Shown: positions 38,807 to 53,842, numbered from the stretch's first letter. The stretch is DNA of 64,000 bases from Octopus vulgaris (GCA_951406725.2 OX597823.1:76136001-76200000); one strand, 5' to 3'. Notes: generated by a model from the sequence alone, not told the origin. Numbers and translations are program-made.

Positions 38807-40508
38807 AAAGTGCAAGGCTTTTTGTAGCCTTTGTTGGTGTTGAAGATTACTTAACATAGATGTGTTAAAATACGGTAATAGTGTCTTTGACAATGATAAG
38901 AAAATATTAATGGAATATTTGTGTGTGTGTATGTTTTTACTGCGAATGGGCATTTTGTGATTGTGTGTATGTGTGTGCGTATGTGTGTATATATGCGTGT
39001 GTGTGTGTGTGTGTGAGAGTTGTGTTGTATTTGTGTGTGTTTCTGTGTGTATGTGTTTGTTGTGGATGTGCGTTTTATGCGGGTGCGGTAGGGATATTAT
39101 GTTATGTGCGCGCACGTCTGCATGTGTGTGTGTTTTGTTTGTATTTTTCTGTGTGGTGCGTGTGCATGAGTGGGTGTGTCTTGTAATTGTCAGGGTGGTG
39201 TGTGTAAGTATGTGCGTGTACGTGTTTATGTATGTGTGTATATGTGTGTGTCTGTGAGTGTTTGTTGTGCTTGCTAGAATCGTATTGTGTGTTTTTTCTG
39301 GGAATGTGATGTGTTTTTGTTCGAGAGTGCGGATATTTTGCTTGTGCGTGTGTGTATGTGTGTGTGTCCTTGTAATTTTAAATGAAAATACATCGCATGA
39401 GACAGAAGTAATTATTGGAGAAACATGTTTTAATCAGCAATAGATGTGGAGCAGACATTAGTGTTTCCTCTACTTTGGTAACCTCGTGAAAAGATATCCG
39501 CTTGGCCCAACACATATACGTACAACATAAACTTGAGAAAGGGAAAGACCTGAAATCGTTAGTTAACCGCAGCAAAATTGTGTTACTGTCCTTGTGCGTT
39601 GTTGAAAGCCATAAGAATATCATCTTTGCGTAAAAAGGAAAGCTTTTGAACTGAGAGAGCATATCTTTTCGAAATATTGTATAGAAAGAAATCGTTTTCG
39701 TTACAACAATCGATTGTATAGATGGCTCCAACATTAGGTTTATACTTAATATTGTACAGTTACCAAGTTTTTGCGCATCCTGATTTTGCAGCAACTAATA
39801 GATCATTCTTTCAGGAACAGTCTGGGAGGAGGGATAAGAAAGAGCTGAAGAGAATGGCGGAAATCTGTAGGAAAGTTGTCGTTATCGTTTAAGTCAAATA
39901 TAGTGTCTATTATTTGGATTTATAGATTCAACGGCTACCTGTAAAATGATAGTTATGTTAATATTCTGCACAACATCGTTTTGGTGAGAACAAGAGTTGC
40001 AGCTCCAGAAGGGTGCTGGGCTTTGCTATAAATTTATGAAAGGCTACATTCGGCATTCAGTTGCATTCTTCACATTCATCTATGAATCTTCCAAAGTTTA
40101 CACTCAGTGACAAATGAGGGCTAGCAAATGCCCAGTAAAGCGAAATATTTGCAATGCCTCATTTAGAGATTTTATAATTTTAGGGTTTTCTAAGTGTTTA
40201 GAGATAGTTGTGTTTGGGAACTGGCTACTAGAGGTTTAAGCAATTATATTTTTTCGTGTATTTATATTTCTGGCTGCCTATATAATTAGTGTACCCTGAG
40301 CTCGAGATATATCGGTGTTTCCTACAAATCTAGCGATGCATTGTATCTGAAGGGTGCAGAGAATCGCACCAAAAACCAGCTGGCGGAGAATCTTCCTGGT
40401 GTTAAACTAGTAGTAACATTCATTTGCCACTTAGACATGGTTACTAGCTGTACTGTCTAGTATATTTTACTACTCTGTCTCTTTTTGAGATTTTATAACT
40501 ACACTCAC

Positions 40509-40539
<31 letters not shown>

Positions 40540-40737
40540 CATACATACATACATACATGCATACATACATACATACTCATAAGGTAGTGGAATCTTATAT
40601 GTATACCATTCTGCCTAACAAAATAGATCTACAAATACAATATCTCTACATATCTCACATATATTTTCTTTCCTCCACCTCACTCTCTATTTTGTATCTT
40701 ATCAAAATTAACTATTGTTTAACCGTCTTCTCACACC

Positions 40738-40785
40738 GTCTCCGATGAAGGTATATAATAAATATCCTGGAAACAGTTGTAAGAC
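40738..40785 (+). ncRNA. Hammerhead-like motif, CCGAUGA variant
   Basis: GTCT-CCGATGA-AGGTATAT..ATATCCT-G-GAA-ACAGTTGT-A-AGAC. Helix I perfect, GUA triplet. Confidence 0.65.
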
Positions 40786-40849
40786 CTATCTATAAATGTT
40801 CTAAAATCTACACACCCTTGGTTTTTTTATCTCATTACGAAAAAAATTT

Positions 40850-40923
<74 letters not shown>

Positions 40924-40928
40924 GAATA

Positions 40929-41375
40929 TTGAATCATCCCGTAAATAATGCAGTTTTTTATACTTCTTTTAGCTTTCAAAATATAAATAAACGAAGTTCT
41001 TTTTTAATCTAAAATATACTCTTCTTCCTTTTCTAAGATGCTTTTCCACATATCTAGTAGTCTTGCAGCAACCCTCTTCCAAAATTCACTTCCCTGTGAC
41101 GAAAAAGACTCCTCCAATATTGTTCTGACCACGTCTACAGAATTCATTTTTTTCTGTCCAAATGATTTTGAAGACTGCGGAATAAATGATAATCAGATGA
41201 GGCAATGTCTGGCGAATATGGTGGGCGGTGTGTTGTTTCCCATTCGAACAGCTCTACCCTTTTGAATGTCATCCTCGCTGTATGTAGCCGAGCATTATCC
41301 TGATGGAAGAATACCTTTCGACTCGAAACCAAAGATGGTCGTTTTTCTTCAAGTGCTGACTTAAGCTGCTCAGTA
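40929..41375 (-). mobile_element. Mariner transposon 3' fragment
   Basis: ORF 41144-41404 contains KRPSLVSSRKVFFHQDNARLHT...HRPPYSPDIASSDYHLFRSLQNHL. TIR-like end TA-ttgaatcatcccgtaaataatgc. Confidence 0.88.
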
Positions 41376-41726
41376 CGTGTGTATTTGATCAGGGTAGTCC
41401 ACAAGTGACTAGACTGTCCCGAACTGAATAGAAATTATTAAATTATAATAATATAGGAGAAAATCGTTAAAACTTTTATGATGATGCCAGCATATGAATT
41501 AGACCTCTTAAGATGAATTCATATGTAGAGATTTATAAAAGTATAAAATAAAATTGACTATTATTTTATGAACTTCTGGCAGATTACTCCCTCGATTTTA
41601 CACGTTTGTTATAAAAGTGATGATTTGAATGGTTCGAAGATTTAGCAACTCTTTTCAGCATATAGGAATGGTACCCTCTATGTCCCTAATTATAATTGTA
41701 TTTTATACTTTTATAAATATCTATAT

Positions 41727-41797
<71 letters not shown>

Positions 41798-42543
41798 CAC
41801 ACAGACAGGCACACTCACACACATATATGCATATATGTGTTTTTATATATTTACATATTTATATATAGTTAAACAAATATATTCAATGAGAATACAGTAT
41901 ACTGAATTTCAAATAAGTGCTCTTGGTAGGGAAATGTCTAAAACCTTAAAAGTATTTAGTGATATAATAAGAGCGTTTATATATTATAAACTAAGTAACA
42001 GCAGGAAAAATTACATCAAAAAGTCACATGAGATATACATCCATAATATAAATAACATTGCATTAATAGATACATATATAAAGTATGATTATTTAAAAGG
42101 CTTGAGATATTATACGATAGTTTCATGACTGTATTACTCATCGAAACGAAATCCAAAGTTGATAATCATTATTAGCTAATACATCTACCCGTCACAGAAA
42201 AGGATGAATTTCTGTGTAGTCAATCGAATGAGAGAGATGCTATTTAAAAGCGTATGATAAATTTGCTTAAAAACGTTACTGGGATAGATGTACATTGGTA
42301 CAAACTTGGGTAAAAAATTTGAGAAAAATTATATAAATCCATAGTAAAAACCTTTGTAGTAATCAGTAATTGATGTGTTTAGATAGAAGTCCTATAATTC
42401 CATTTTCCTCAGTATGTAATCCATAAATGCAAAACATATTATTTATAATATATTATATACATTTATATATGCAGATATACACACACATATATATATATAC
42501 ATATATACAAATATATATGGGTGTACAGATATCTATATGTGAC

Positions 42544-42577
<34 letters not shown>

Positions 42578-42599
42578 GTGTGTGTGTTTGTATCCATGT

Positions 42600-42745
42600 A
42601 TGTATGCATTTGTATGTCTGTGTATGTCTCCCAACATCGCGTAACACCCGATGCTAGTGTGCTTACGTCCCCATAATCTAGCGGTTCGGCAAAAGAGACG
42701 GATAGAATAGGTATTAGGCTTACAAAGAATAAGTCCTGAGGTTGA
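42600..42745 (+). mobile_element. SINE A partial (3' body)
   Basis: ccaacatcgc...cgatgctagtgtgcttacgtcccc...gcggttcggcaaaagagac...cttacaaagaataagtcctg. Confidence 0.8.
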
Positions 42746-42849
42746 ATTATAGATGTATAATTCTCTGGATGTGTCTGCGGGCGTGCACTCACGCGCGCGC
42801 ACACACACACACACAAACTCATACACACATACACACACATTGGTATATA

Positions 42850-43062
42850 ATAATTTCATATTTCAGCACAAGACCAGCAAATTCGTGAGAAGGGTAAGTT
42901 AATTCCATTGAGCCCAGTACTGAACTGTTACTCTTTTTTCGAATCCGAAAGATAAAAGGCAAAGTCGACCTCGGTGAAATTTCATCTCAGAACACGAAGA
43001 CGGAAAAAATGCCGCTAAGCATTTTACCCGGCGTGCAAATAATTCTGTCTGCTCGCCGCCTT
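42850..43062 (-). mobile_element. SINE B'
   Basis: gcacaagaccagc...ggcaaagtcgacctcgg...gctaagcattt...gctcgccgcct. Confidence 0.8.
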
Positions 43063-43578
43063 ATATCACTATATAATATTAGTGACAGTTTGACTCCATT
43101 TAACTGAAATGTTCGTCGACGAAGAGAGTGAACCCATCTCATCAGATATCGAGAAAAGAATAACAGACGTGAGACAAATGCAAGATGGTTTTCAGATGAT
43201 TGGCCTTTATTGGTTACCTCAGGATGCGTGGTGTAATTGCTGTGGAAGCAACACCAATTCCTTTCCTTATATTTGGATCCAGGTGGTAGGACAGTTTGTC
43301 GCCACTCTCATAGCAGACTGCGGTGTTTAGGGATATCAGCTCATTCTATTTGATACCATACATGTTAGGGCGTGGTGTAGTTGCAATTTGATAGCTCAGT
43401 CGTCATTCAGTGACTCAAATTCGACACATCCGATATCGAATTAGATGAGTTAGTCATACCCGTTCACAAAACATTAAGTTGTATGGAGCTGAGTAGGACT
43501 TATTAAAAAATATACGCTACTCCTAACAAATGCGCTGACTTCCACTTCTTTTCTTCTTTTTTTCCCGTGTGTGTGTGG

Positions 43579-43621
<43 letters not shown>

Positions 43622-44056
43622 CTCGCTCGTATAATCCTATTTCATTTACATATATGAGTATATGTTTGTCTTTATATGGATATAAAATATTCATGATATA
43701 TTAATGCGCGAAAAATATTTATTTTATATACCTGTCAGATCCCATGATAAATGACTTTATAAAGCCATTAATCAGAAAGTCACCCACCCAACATTTTCTC
43801 TGCTATCTGTCTCATCACATTTTATGTAGATTCCCACTCTCATCTAATATCAAATATAAATTACTTCCTTCGAGTTAATTCAGTACAGTCACTCGCCATC
43901 TTACGCTGTTTGATTCTTTCAACAATATTCCTGCAATTCTAATAATGTTGCGTACAATAGACGTAAGTCTTTTGTATGAAATGAACGAAATGTCTTTGAC
44001 GAAATGAAAATAGTTCGTTAATAGATATTTTATATCATGAAAATAGTTCTTTTTTC

Positions 44057-44177
44057 TTACATTATGTAATTTATAATAATTTTGTCTTTATGACATGTAC
44101 GTAAGGTGCTGTAAATAATATATTCAACAAAAGCAACAATTCATGATGTTATGTTAAATGTACGTGTGGATTTGCTT

Positions 44178-44258
<81 letters not shown>

Positions 44259-44368
44259 GCACATATATTTCATATAAAAGCATGAGTGATTGCTTCTTTG
44301 AACACATTACTTACAACACCTTACGTACGTTTTGTAAAGACAAAATAATTATAAATTACATAATGTAA
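44057..44368. repeat. Inverted repeat (~115-bp arms) centred on (TA)n
   Basis: ttacattatgtaatttataataattttgtcttta...gtacgtaaggtg is the reverse complement of caccttacgtac...taaagacaaaataattataaattacataatgtaa. Confidence 0.9.
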
Positions 44369-44427
44369 AATACATAATCAAGAACAATTTTGATATCTAT
44401 CTATCTATCTGTATATATATATAATAG

Positions 44428-44903
<476 letters not shown>

Positions 44904-45441
44904 TATATATATATATACTTGTAGACATATATCTGAAGGTCGGTGTATATGTACAAATGAATTTATGTAAATGTATTTCAACGTACTTTTATATATACAT
45001 ATTTTTTCTGTGTATGCCTGTGTGAGAGTAAATATATACATACATAGCATTTTTAGCACTATCTGCATCTACGTAGTGTGTATGTGTGTGTATGTGTGTG
45101 TGTGTGTGCGTGTTTGCGTGAGTGTGCAAAGATATACTCGTGTATCTGTGTTTGTATTTGTGTGGTGATATATATTTATCAACATCGCTTTGTCACCCCA
45201 CCTCACCACCCTTTCTATTTACAAACATACACACACACACGCACACACGCTGTTATCTGTAAGATATCTCCCTACTTCTCCCCTCCTATCTCCTGTCCTC
45301 CATCCTACCAGGTTGTTAATTGAAAATTGTTAATCTGGCTAAGATCCTCATGTAGAAAAGCATTTATTGATCTTCGTGAACGCTTTTCTGTTTCTGTTCC
45401 TCCTTTTCTGTTTCTGGCGGCGTTCTACATCTATCTATCAT

Positions 45442-45499
<58 letters not shown>

Positions 45500-45558
45500 T
45501 AGATAGAGAGAGAGGTAGGTAGGTAGGTAGGTAGGTAGATAGATATATATATATATAT

Positions 45559-45662
<104 letters not shown>

Positions 45663-45760
45663 AATTTACATATTCTACTTCTGGGAAAAGGCTTCTACTC
45701 GAAATCTTGAAATCCTTTCCTATCTACATGTCTTCCCAAATAAAATTTCATTTCATGTTT

Positions 45761-45843
45761 GAGGCTCCGATGAAGCTATTGGTCGATAAACATGCATTCA
45801 ACTTTGGGTGCATTGCATCTTGTAGCAGAAACAGGTGTGCGCT
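45761..45843 (+). ncRNA. Degenerate hammerhead-like motif, CCGAUGA variant
   Basis: GGCT-CCGATGA-A-GCTA...TAGC-A-GAAACAGGTGT. Helix I is weak. Confidence 0.4.
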
Positions 45844-46767
45844 AAATTCATGACATAATTTCGTATACATTTGTCATTCTAATTATTGATGTGTGTATGT
45901 GTGTGTATGTGTGTGTATGTGCGTGTGTGTGCGTGTGTGTGTGCAATGGCACATACATGTCCGTACAAGCACACACACACATCACTTATGTGTCTTCCGA
46001 AATAACTTAAGCTCTTATATTCACTTCACTTTATTATATTAAGCCGCATATATAACATAGTGATAAAAATACTTCATAGTATAACTACGACCTGATCACT
46101 ACCAGTCCTACATATATATGAATGCATATGCACATATTCCTAGGCATATATACATATACACACACACGCACGCACTTTTATATATATATATATATATATA
46201 TATACAACTCACACTCTCATACGCTCACAAACACACAGACTCATGGTATATGAATATATTTATTCATGTATACAATTTTAAAATATTTTACACTCTGTTA
46301 TTCATACAAAATGATCTCACCTTTTATCTTTCTAAACGACTCTTTTATCTATTTTCTCTGTGTGCTTTTGAAGCAAATATAGGAAAAAATATTAATATTT
46401 TATTATTCCTATTAAGGGATGCGTCTTAACAGAAATTATATCTGTGTTTATTGAAGGGCTGCACTGCATTTAGTAACGTCTCTCTATATTCTGATTTCAA
46501 ATCGTACTTGATTCGATTTCGTTACATCAGTGCTACATGAGCTCAGATAAATTACTGCATTATAATCTGGATATTCACTCAATACGCAGCTATACTTCCT
46601 ACAATTCGGTGATCGGTTTTTAGAAATGGTGAAGAAAAGCGATGGAATATGTCTTTAAAGATTAAGCTCTATCATTTCACATTCTGACTTCAAATTTTGC
46701 TGCGATCTACCATTTATTTCCTCTTACAGAACTTAAATGAATCAAGTATGCCTATTTTCACAAAATA

Positions 46768-48024
46768 TCAGGTCATCCCATAAGTTCTGTCCGATTTTAC
46801 CATTTTAAAATTGAATGAAATTTAGTAGTATTTCAGAATGTCCAATGGAATTTTTAAATTTTTATGCATTTGTAGACTAATTAAATATTATTTTACAGAG
46901 TAAAAGAATTAAAATAGCTTTGATTAAAACCCTTTCTAACATGGAAGTATCAAAAGAGGATTTGAGGTATATAATGCTTTATGAGCACAAAAAAGTAAAC
47001 TCTGCAGCCGAAGCGACTTGAAACATACATTCAGTTTATGGAAAAGAATCCTTGAATGAAAGAACTTGCATAAGATGGCTTGCAAATTTCAGAAGTGGAG
47101 ATTTCAGCCTTCAAGATGAAGATCAAACAGGAGGTCTAGTTGAGTTTGATGATAAGCTCTTTGAGGCATTACTTGAAGAAAATCCTTCATTATCAGCTGA
47201 ATAATTGGCAATAAAGCTTAGTTTACACCATACAACTGTTCATCGTCATCTTCAACAACTTGGAAAGTTTCCTAAACTTGGAAAATGGGTGCCTCATGAA
47301 TTGTCCGAAAGCAACCGCAAATCCCGTGTTGACATCTGCTCTTCTCTCCATTCTCTCTAACTCATTTCACCTTTTTCGAATAGACTTGTGACTGGTGATA
47401 AAACATGGATCTTCTATCGAAATGTTAAACGTAAACAATGGCTTGGTAAAAGAGAAAAGCTCAACCACAATGAGAAGGGAACTTCATGGGGAAAAGGTTC
47501 TCTCTATCTGGTGGGATTGCTAAAGAATAATTCACTTTGAATTGTTACCACCTAATGCAACAATCAATGCTCAAGTCTACTGTCAGCAATTAGAGCGTTT
47601 GAACCAAGCTTTGAAGAACATGAGAGCCGCTTTAGTGAATCGAAAAGGAGTGATGTTTCATTAGGACAATGCGCGACCCCACACAGCAAAGATCACATCA
47701 CAGACCGTCGAAGAGCTTGGTTGGGAAAAAATTCCTTATCCACTTTATTCTCCCGACCTTCCTCCTTTAGACTCCAAGTTGCTTTGTAATTTACAGAATC
47801 ATTTGGGTATATAACTTTCGCAAGCCAGGAGGAGATCGAAACTGACATTTCAGAGTTCTTCGCTTTGAAACCAAAAGGATTTTACATTGATGGGATTAAA
47901 AAGCTGGAAGGAAGTCATAGATAATCAGGAAAAGTACATTGATGATTATTTTTCAATTAAATATAACATTTGATCACTTGTTTTCGTTATTCAGAATTAG
48001 GATACAACTTATGGGATGACCTGA
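46768..48024 (+). mobile_element. Full-length mariner transposon (1257 bp), TA TSDs, inactive
   Basis: TA|tcaggtcatcccataagtt ... aacttatgggatgacctga|TA, with the terminal 19 bp matching perfectly. Confidence 0.95.
46941..47945 (+). pseudogene. Mariner DD34D-type transposase pseudogene
   Basis: MEVSKEDLRYIMLYE...FRSGDFSL...GKWVPHEL...LVTGDKTW...H*DNARPHT...YSPDL. In-frame stops and frameshifts. Confidence 0.92.
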
Positions 48025-48889
48025 TACTTTGCTAATTCAGAAATAGTAAGAAATAGTAATTATTTTGTGAATTGAAAGAATCTTTAGAACGTTGGACAAA
48101 ATTCACTGTGTATTCAGCAACAGCCCTTTACATTCTGAATTCAAATTTAATCGATGTAAAATTTTCTCTTTTTCATTTTGGTGTCGATAAAATAAAACAT
48201 AGAAAATGCACTTGTGCCTATGTGTATTACTTTAATGCTGAGATTCTCAACACTCAGCATGTCGAAAGCACTGTTAGCCTCTAGGGGGCGTGAGAGGGGA
48301 TTGAAGTAACATAATTAATATACAAATTTTACCTTTATTAGTAATTATATTACATGACAAAATAGCAGTGGTTATTAAAATAAAATGACATCTCATCAGG
48401 AACAGGGAAATCATTAACTTGCAATGCATAAAGTAAATTTGTATCTTTGTACTCTTTAGTTTTGTATTATTTCATTGTTAAAAGTCTTTTACAAATACAT
48501 TTTTAGAATAATATTTATAAATTATCATTCATGATAAGTTAGGTTAGTCGTGATACCTCACTCAGCACTTCATTGAATGTCAATCATAACAACTACGTAA
48601 AAAGCGGCGCTACAAAAAAAAAAGGGGTTTCAGAGCCTCTACTTTTAATACATCATATACATAATGGGAGGCACATTATACAAGATTATCAATAGTTTAG
48701 GGGTTCTCATGAGATACGTCACGAATGTTGCCGAGAGTGCCAATGATTTTCAAGAATATAATTTCAAGCTTTGAAAAATCCATGCTAATGAATTAGCGAC
48801 TTCAAAGTCATTATTTATGATTGTGTTGTGCACAAATATGATTCATTAAACAAAATACGGTATGCATCAATTTTCTACATTTTGTTGTA

Positions 48890-49009
<120 letters not shown>

Positions 49010-49699
49010 ATATATATGTTCTGTTTTAGTTTTGAGCTTTTCATGCGAAGTACACCAGTAATTTTTTTTTGTTTGATCTGCAGCGCACCACGAAGAGAAA
49101 ACGATTGAGAATCACTGATGTAGAGAGTTAGTTGAAAATCTATAAAATATAAAAGAGACAAATCAATAAAATTGAAAACGTATTGGAAAAATTTTGGAAC
49201 AATCTTCCGTTTTACATGTTTATCATGCGACATTTTTCTGCGATCGAGTTTTGAAACTGCAGTAATGACATCTTTGAAGTATAATAGTAGCCATTTAAAA
49301 CTCACATGTGCTATTATATTCACATCTATTTACTTTGAAATCGTACTGTATATTATACGTGTATAGAGAGTAGGTGGTGAGGAATACATAGCGGTATCCC
49401 TGTGGAAGAAACGTTAAACTAAGTAGGAGCTGACATAATGCAATGAACCTAAAATATTTAATTAATAGAAAGTGGATCTTTAATGAGAACAAATCATTAC
49501 TTTAATTGTTATTAATTATCAAAATATTTTGTCATAAATCTAAGAACTGATTTGATATTATATTCTACTATACTTAGACATTCGAAGTTTCTTGTAAGTC
49601 TAAATGTAGGGAAACATTCCTGGTTTGGGAAACAGCGTAATTTTGACGATGAATTTCCATAAAAACTTAGATATGGCAACAATATTTAACGCCAAAATG

Positions 49700-50250
49700 C
49701 TCTCTGATAACGGTGGTGAAGCGGGAAGCTGGGATCTTTTCACCTTGAACAGCAGATTTTTAAATATTTTCTTTGTAAATAAATACTTTTAAACTTCGTA
49801 TATTGGTAGAATGTGTCACATAAAACATCTTTTTCTCTTGGCGTTCTCGAGAAAATTCTGTAGTTTTCAAGCTATTTCTTGTTTAATTTTTCGTATTTCG
49901 GCAATTTCAACCAATCAATGACGTCTATTGATGTGAATACAATTACTGCTGTTGTTTGTCAACAAGTTCAACAACAACTTCCGGCGGTGTCTATAAAGTT
50001 TGTCACTGCTATTTATGACATATTTCATATCAGTTACGTTCGTATGAATAAATGATTATCGTTATTAAACTTTTATTAATAAAAACATATTCTAAGTTCA
50101 CAACATATGCAGTTTTAATTTTCCTCTCTGTTGCGCAGATACACACATTACATATTATATATTCGTTTAAGAAACAGATTGGGTTTATTTACATTTCTAA
50201 AGAAAAATATACCCTTCCCCCACCCCTAATCCTAACCATAACCCCGCATA
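49700..50250. repeat. Probable dispersed repeat ending in a cctaa(t/c)cc telomere-like motif (Helentron/HINE-like?)
   Basis: Ends acccttccccacccctaatcctaaccataacc. Family assignment is from recognition only. Confidence 0.35.
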
Positions 50251-50487
50251 AATCTAGTAGAAATATTCTCCAAGTACACCTAAAATTTTGTCTTACGTCT
50301 TAAAAATAGTCATTCTGAATTATGTACTCCTTAATAGTTAAGAGCACGTTGTAATTCTATGTATAAATGTACATCCAGAATTTTACTGATGCGTGTTTAT
50401 CCATTTGTCTTGTATAGTTATCTATATTTATCTATTTATTTAGCAGCTTCTATACATTTCTGTCGAGGCTATTTATCTATATATGTA

Positions 50488-50904
50488 CTCTCTCTTTTTA
50501 CTTTTTTACTTGTTTCACTCATTTGACTATGGCCATGCTGGAGCACCGCCTTTAATCGAGCATATCGACCCCAGGACTTATTCTTTGTAAGCCTAGTACT
50601 TATTCTATCGGTCCCTTTTGCCGAACAGCATCTGTTGTCAAGCGATGTTGGGGGAACAAACACAGACACACAAATGTGTACACACACACTCACACACATA
50701 TATATATATATGTATGTATATATATAAATACATACATATACGATGGGCTTCTTTCAGTTTCCGTCTACCAAATCCACTCACAAATCTTTGGTCTGCCCAA
50801 TGCTATAGTAGAAGACACTTGCCCAAGGTGCCACGCAGTGGGACTGAACCCGGAACCATGGGGTTGGTAAGCAAGCTACTTACCACACAGCCACTCCTAC
50901 GCCT
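50488..50904 (-). mobile_element. SINE family A with small internal deletion
   Basis: Reverse complement of the 21429/62122 consensus; head ...cacagccactcctacgcc. Confidence 0.9.
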
Positions 50905-51726
50905 GTATATACCAATTCAACGGATTTGGAATTCAGTATATGAATATAAAGATTGGGTATTAAATCTAACATCTTTAACAGAAACAAAAGAAAGAATTAA
51001 TGACTAAGTATATAAGAATATTAGAATTAAAGAATTCAGAAAAACTATAAAATGCAAATGAGTGCAAACTTAAATATGAAAATGAAAGCAGAAATAAAAA
51101 TATAATGGTCAGTTGAAACAAAAATGGTAACAAATTAGAAAACAAGAAATAAAACGTGGAGGCCATTAAAAAATTTGAAAATTTTCTAAGAAATTTTTAA
51201 ACAATCATAATAATGACCTTACGAAAAATTTTGGAAATATATTGGAAAATTTAATTAAAATATATAACATCGGGTAATAGATATATTATAAAAGCAGGAA
51301 ATAGATTTCATGATACTTTATGAAATGAAGTATGAATGTATGTATGTATGTATGTATGTATGTATGTATGTATGTATGTATGTATGTATGTATGTATATA
51401 TGTATGTATGTATATATTTGTACGTATATGTATATTTGTATGTAAGTATATGTGTGTGTGTATATATATATAAATGTGTATATGTATATATTTGCTGGTA
51501 TGTGAGTGCATTCTCTCTCGTTTTCTCTAGTTGTATATATGCGCATTCTAAACTACTACACACACACACACATACACACATACACACACACACACACACA
51601 CACAAACACACGCACACATATACACACTTACATACGTGGAATGACCAAAAATAAGTAAAATGCAAGAGAAACATTTTTTTTAACAATTGTGTTATTAGTA
51701 AAGCGCTTGTACGGGACGGGAAAGTG

Positions 51727-51762
51727 CCTGTAACGTTTTGGTCCCAGTCCTTCATCGGAGAA
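51727..51762 (-). ncRNA. Degenerate hammerhead-like motif in a PLE terminus
   Basis: Minus strand CCGATGA-A-GG..CC-AAAACGTT-A. The flank acaattgt..attagta...gcgct resembles ~14022-14044. Confidence 0.4.
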
Positions 51763-53659
51763 AAATACCAAAGAGAGTAGAATGAAGAGGCTGAAAAGTA
51801 TGGGCACAGTGAGGGAGAGAGAGACGGAGGACAGGGAGGGAAGAGAAGAGGCAATTGAGAGGGAAGAAGGAAAGGATTAGTGGTCCTGCGAGACCGCGTG
51901 CAGAGTATAAAGAAGCGGCAAAGAGAACGAGTCCGCCTAAATGTTAAAAATACATATGATGAAATTAGCAAAAAAAAAAAAAAAAGAAAAGGAAAAACAC
52001 AGGTGGGACAATTTTTAACAAAAGTGTTTTTAGTATAACCCTTGAAAGAAATAGGGCGTTTAACCTTTCAGGCGCTAATCCTTTAGAATATTAAATTGAT
52101 TTCTTGCCTGTGTTTGTATTTCATAGAACTATTGAGATATGGGGGATATTTTTCACTGTGAAATCAACGCAGCATTTCAAACACTTCAATTTTTTCTACT
52201 TTAAGATTCCAAATGTATGTGCATCGTGATGTTGAATATTGATTTCTGGCTGCCAAACTATGAATAGTTGTTGCAGACATCATGAGTCCGATAAGGGCAA
52301 TTTATATAAACCCGACAAAAAGGAGTCGACTGTTTAATAAGTTTTATCAAAATACTTTCTTGGTGTGAAATCATAAATATGCCACAATTTCAGATATGTT
52401 TGTACTTGTACTTATGATTGATCTGATACTGATCTTTAAAAGTGTGTTTGAGTAACGTTCAATATAACAAAAGCTCATTTTCAGATAATTTTTATAAAAT
52501 ATTTTTGCTGTTACAGAGAGCAGGGTCATTCAAACTAAAGGCGATAATTTTCCATCTACTGTGTATAAGTTATTGGCATCTGTCATGGTTGTAGCTTGTT
52601 TATTGTCTTTGCATTTGTCTAATTTTAGGTTTTAATCTGCTGGAAATGAGTAAATTATATTATTAGTTGTCACTGAAATTTTACAGCTTAGTTATATTAA
52701 GGCATTCATTTCCTTTTTCTGACATAAGACCACCAGGAAAGAGTGACATGTTCAGAAAATTTTCTCGATACAGGTCTAACTCATTGTGAGATATTTTTCG
52801 TGAGCCATCTGCATAAAGTCCTTTAGTTCATAAACCTGTTCTCCATCAAAATAACTCATTTCCATGAGAAAACTCACCACCGGTGGGGTTAACATGACAT
52901 AAATGATCATAGGAAAGCAAATACTTTCGTGAATTCATTATAACATTATTATCAGTGTCATTCATGTCTGTAAATGAATTTAAAAGATTAAACTTTCAGA
53001 AGTTAATAGGTTCCGAGGGGTATAAAATGCTAGGATTTCAAACTGAGTGAATTTACAATTATGATAATTCCCTTTTAAACTATTTGATTACCGATAATTA
53101 TCCATATAGGATAACGCAATAGCTTAAATAGGGGCTTAAAAGCTTCAGAGTACTAATTACATCAGGTATGTGATGAACCACAGCTTTAACATTGTGTATT
53201 CCAATATTATATATGCTTGCCTCTATATTCATTCCTATTATTTGTCTAGAATCCGGAGCTAGTGTTCCTGCTTCTATATTTGTGTTTCTGATTGAGAATT
53301 TATGTTCGTTTGTATTACTTAGATCTTCAAAAATTAAAAAAAAATTATAAAGTCAAAACAAAGCAAGTTATCAGAAACAATATTTTCTGCTATCTGTTAT
53401 AAATTACCAAGAATAATACAAGTCGAACGTTTGTACTTTTAACTTGTATTTCAATAATTCGGGCTTAGGAGACCTTCTTCAGTAAATCTTTGGAGAAGTG
53501 GTGCAGTGAGCAGACATCTCTTTTTGTAGTGTATGTTAGACATATACTTTTATCTGTAAGTATATATGTATATATATATTTATATATATGCATGACCACA
53601 GTCAAATGACTGAAACTAGTAAAGGGATAAAGGGAAAGGGATACAGACATATATAAATA

Positions 53660-53723
<64 letters not shown>

Positions 53724-53724
53724 C

Positions 53725-53780
<56 letters not shown>

Positions 53781-53789
53781 CATATATCA

Positions 53790-53842
<53 letters not shown>

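Noticed and set aside
39760-39810. Minus-strand DLLVAAKSGCAKT as a helicase Walker A
   Set aside because: It lacks the GKT glycine, is bounded by stops, and no other helicase motifs lie nearby.
39840-39875. CTGAAGA...GAAA hammerhead-like match
   Set aside because: No helix I or helix II pairing, so a chance match.
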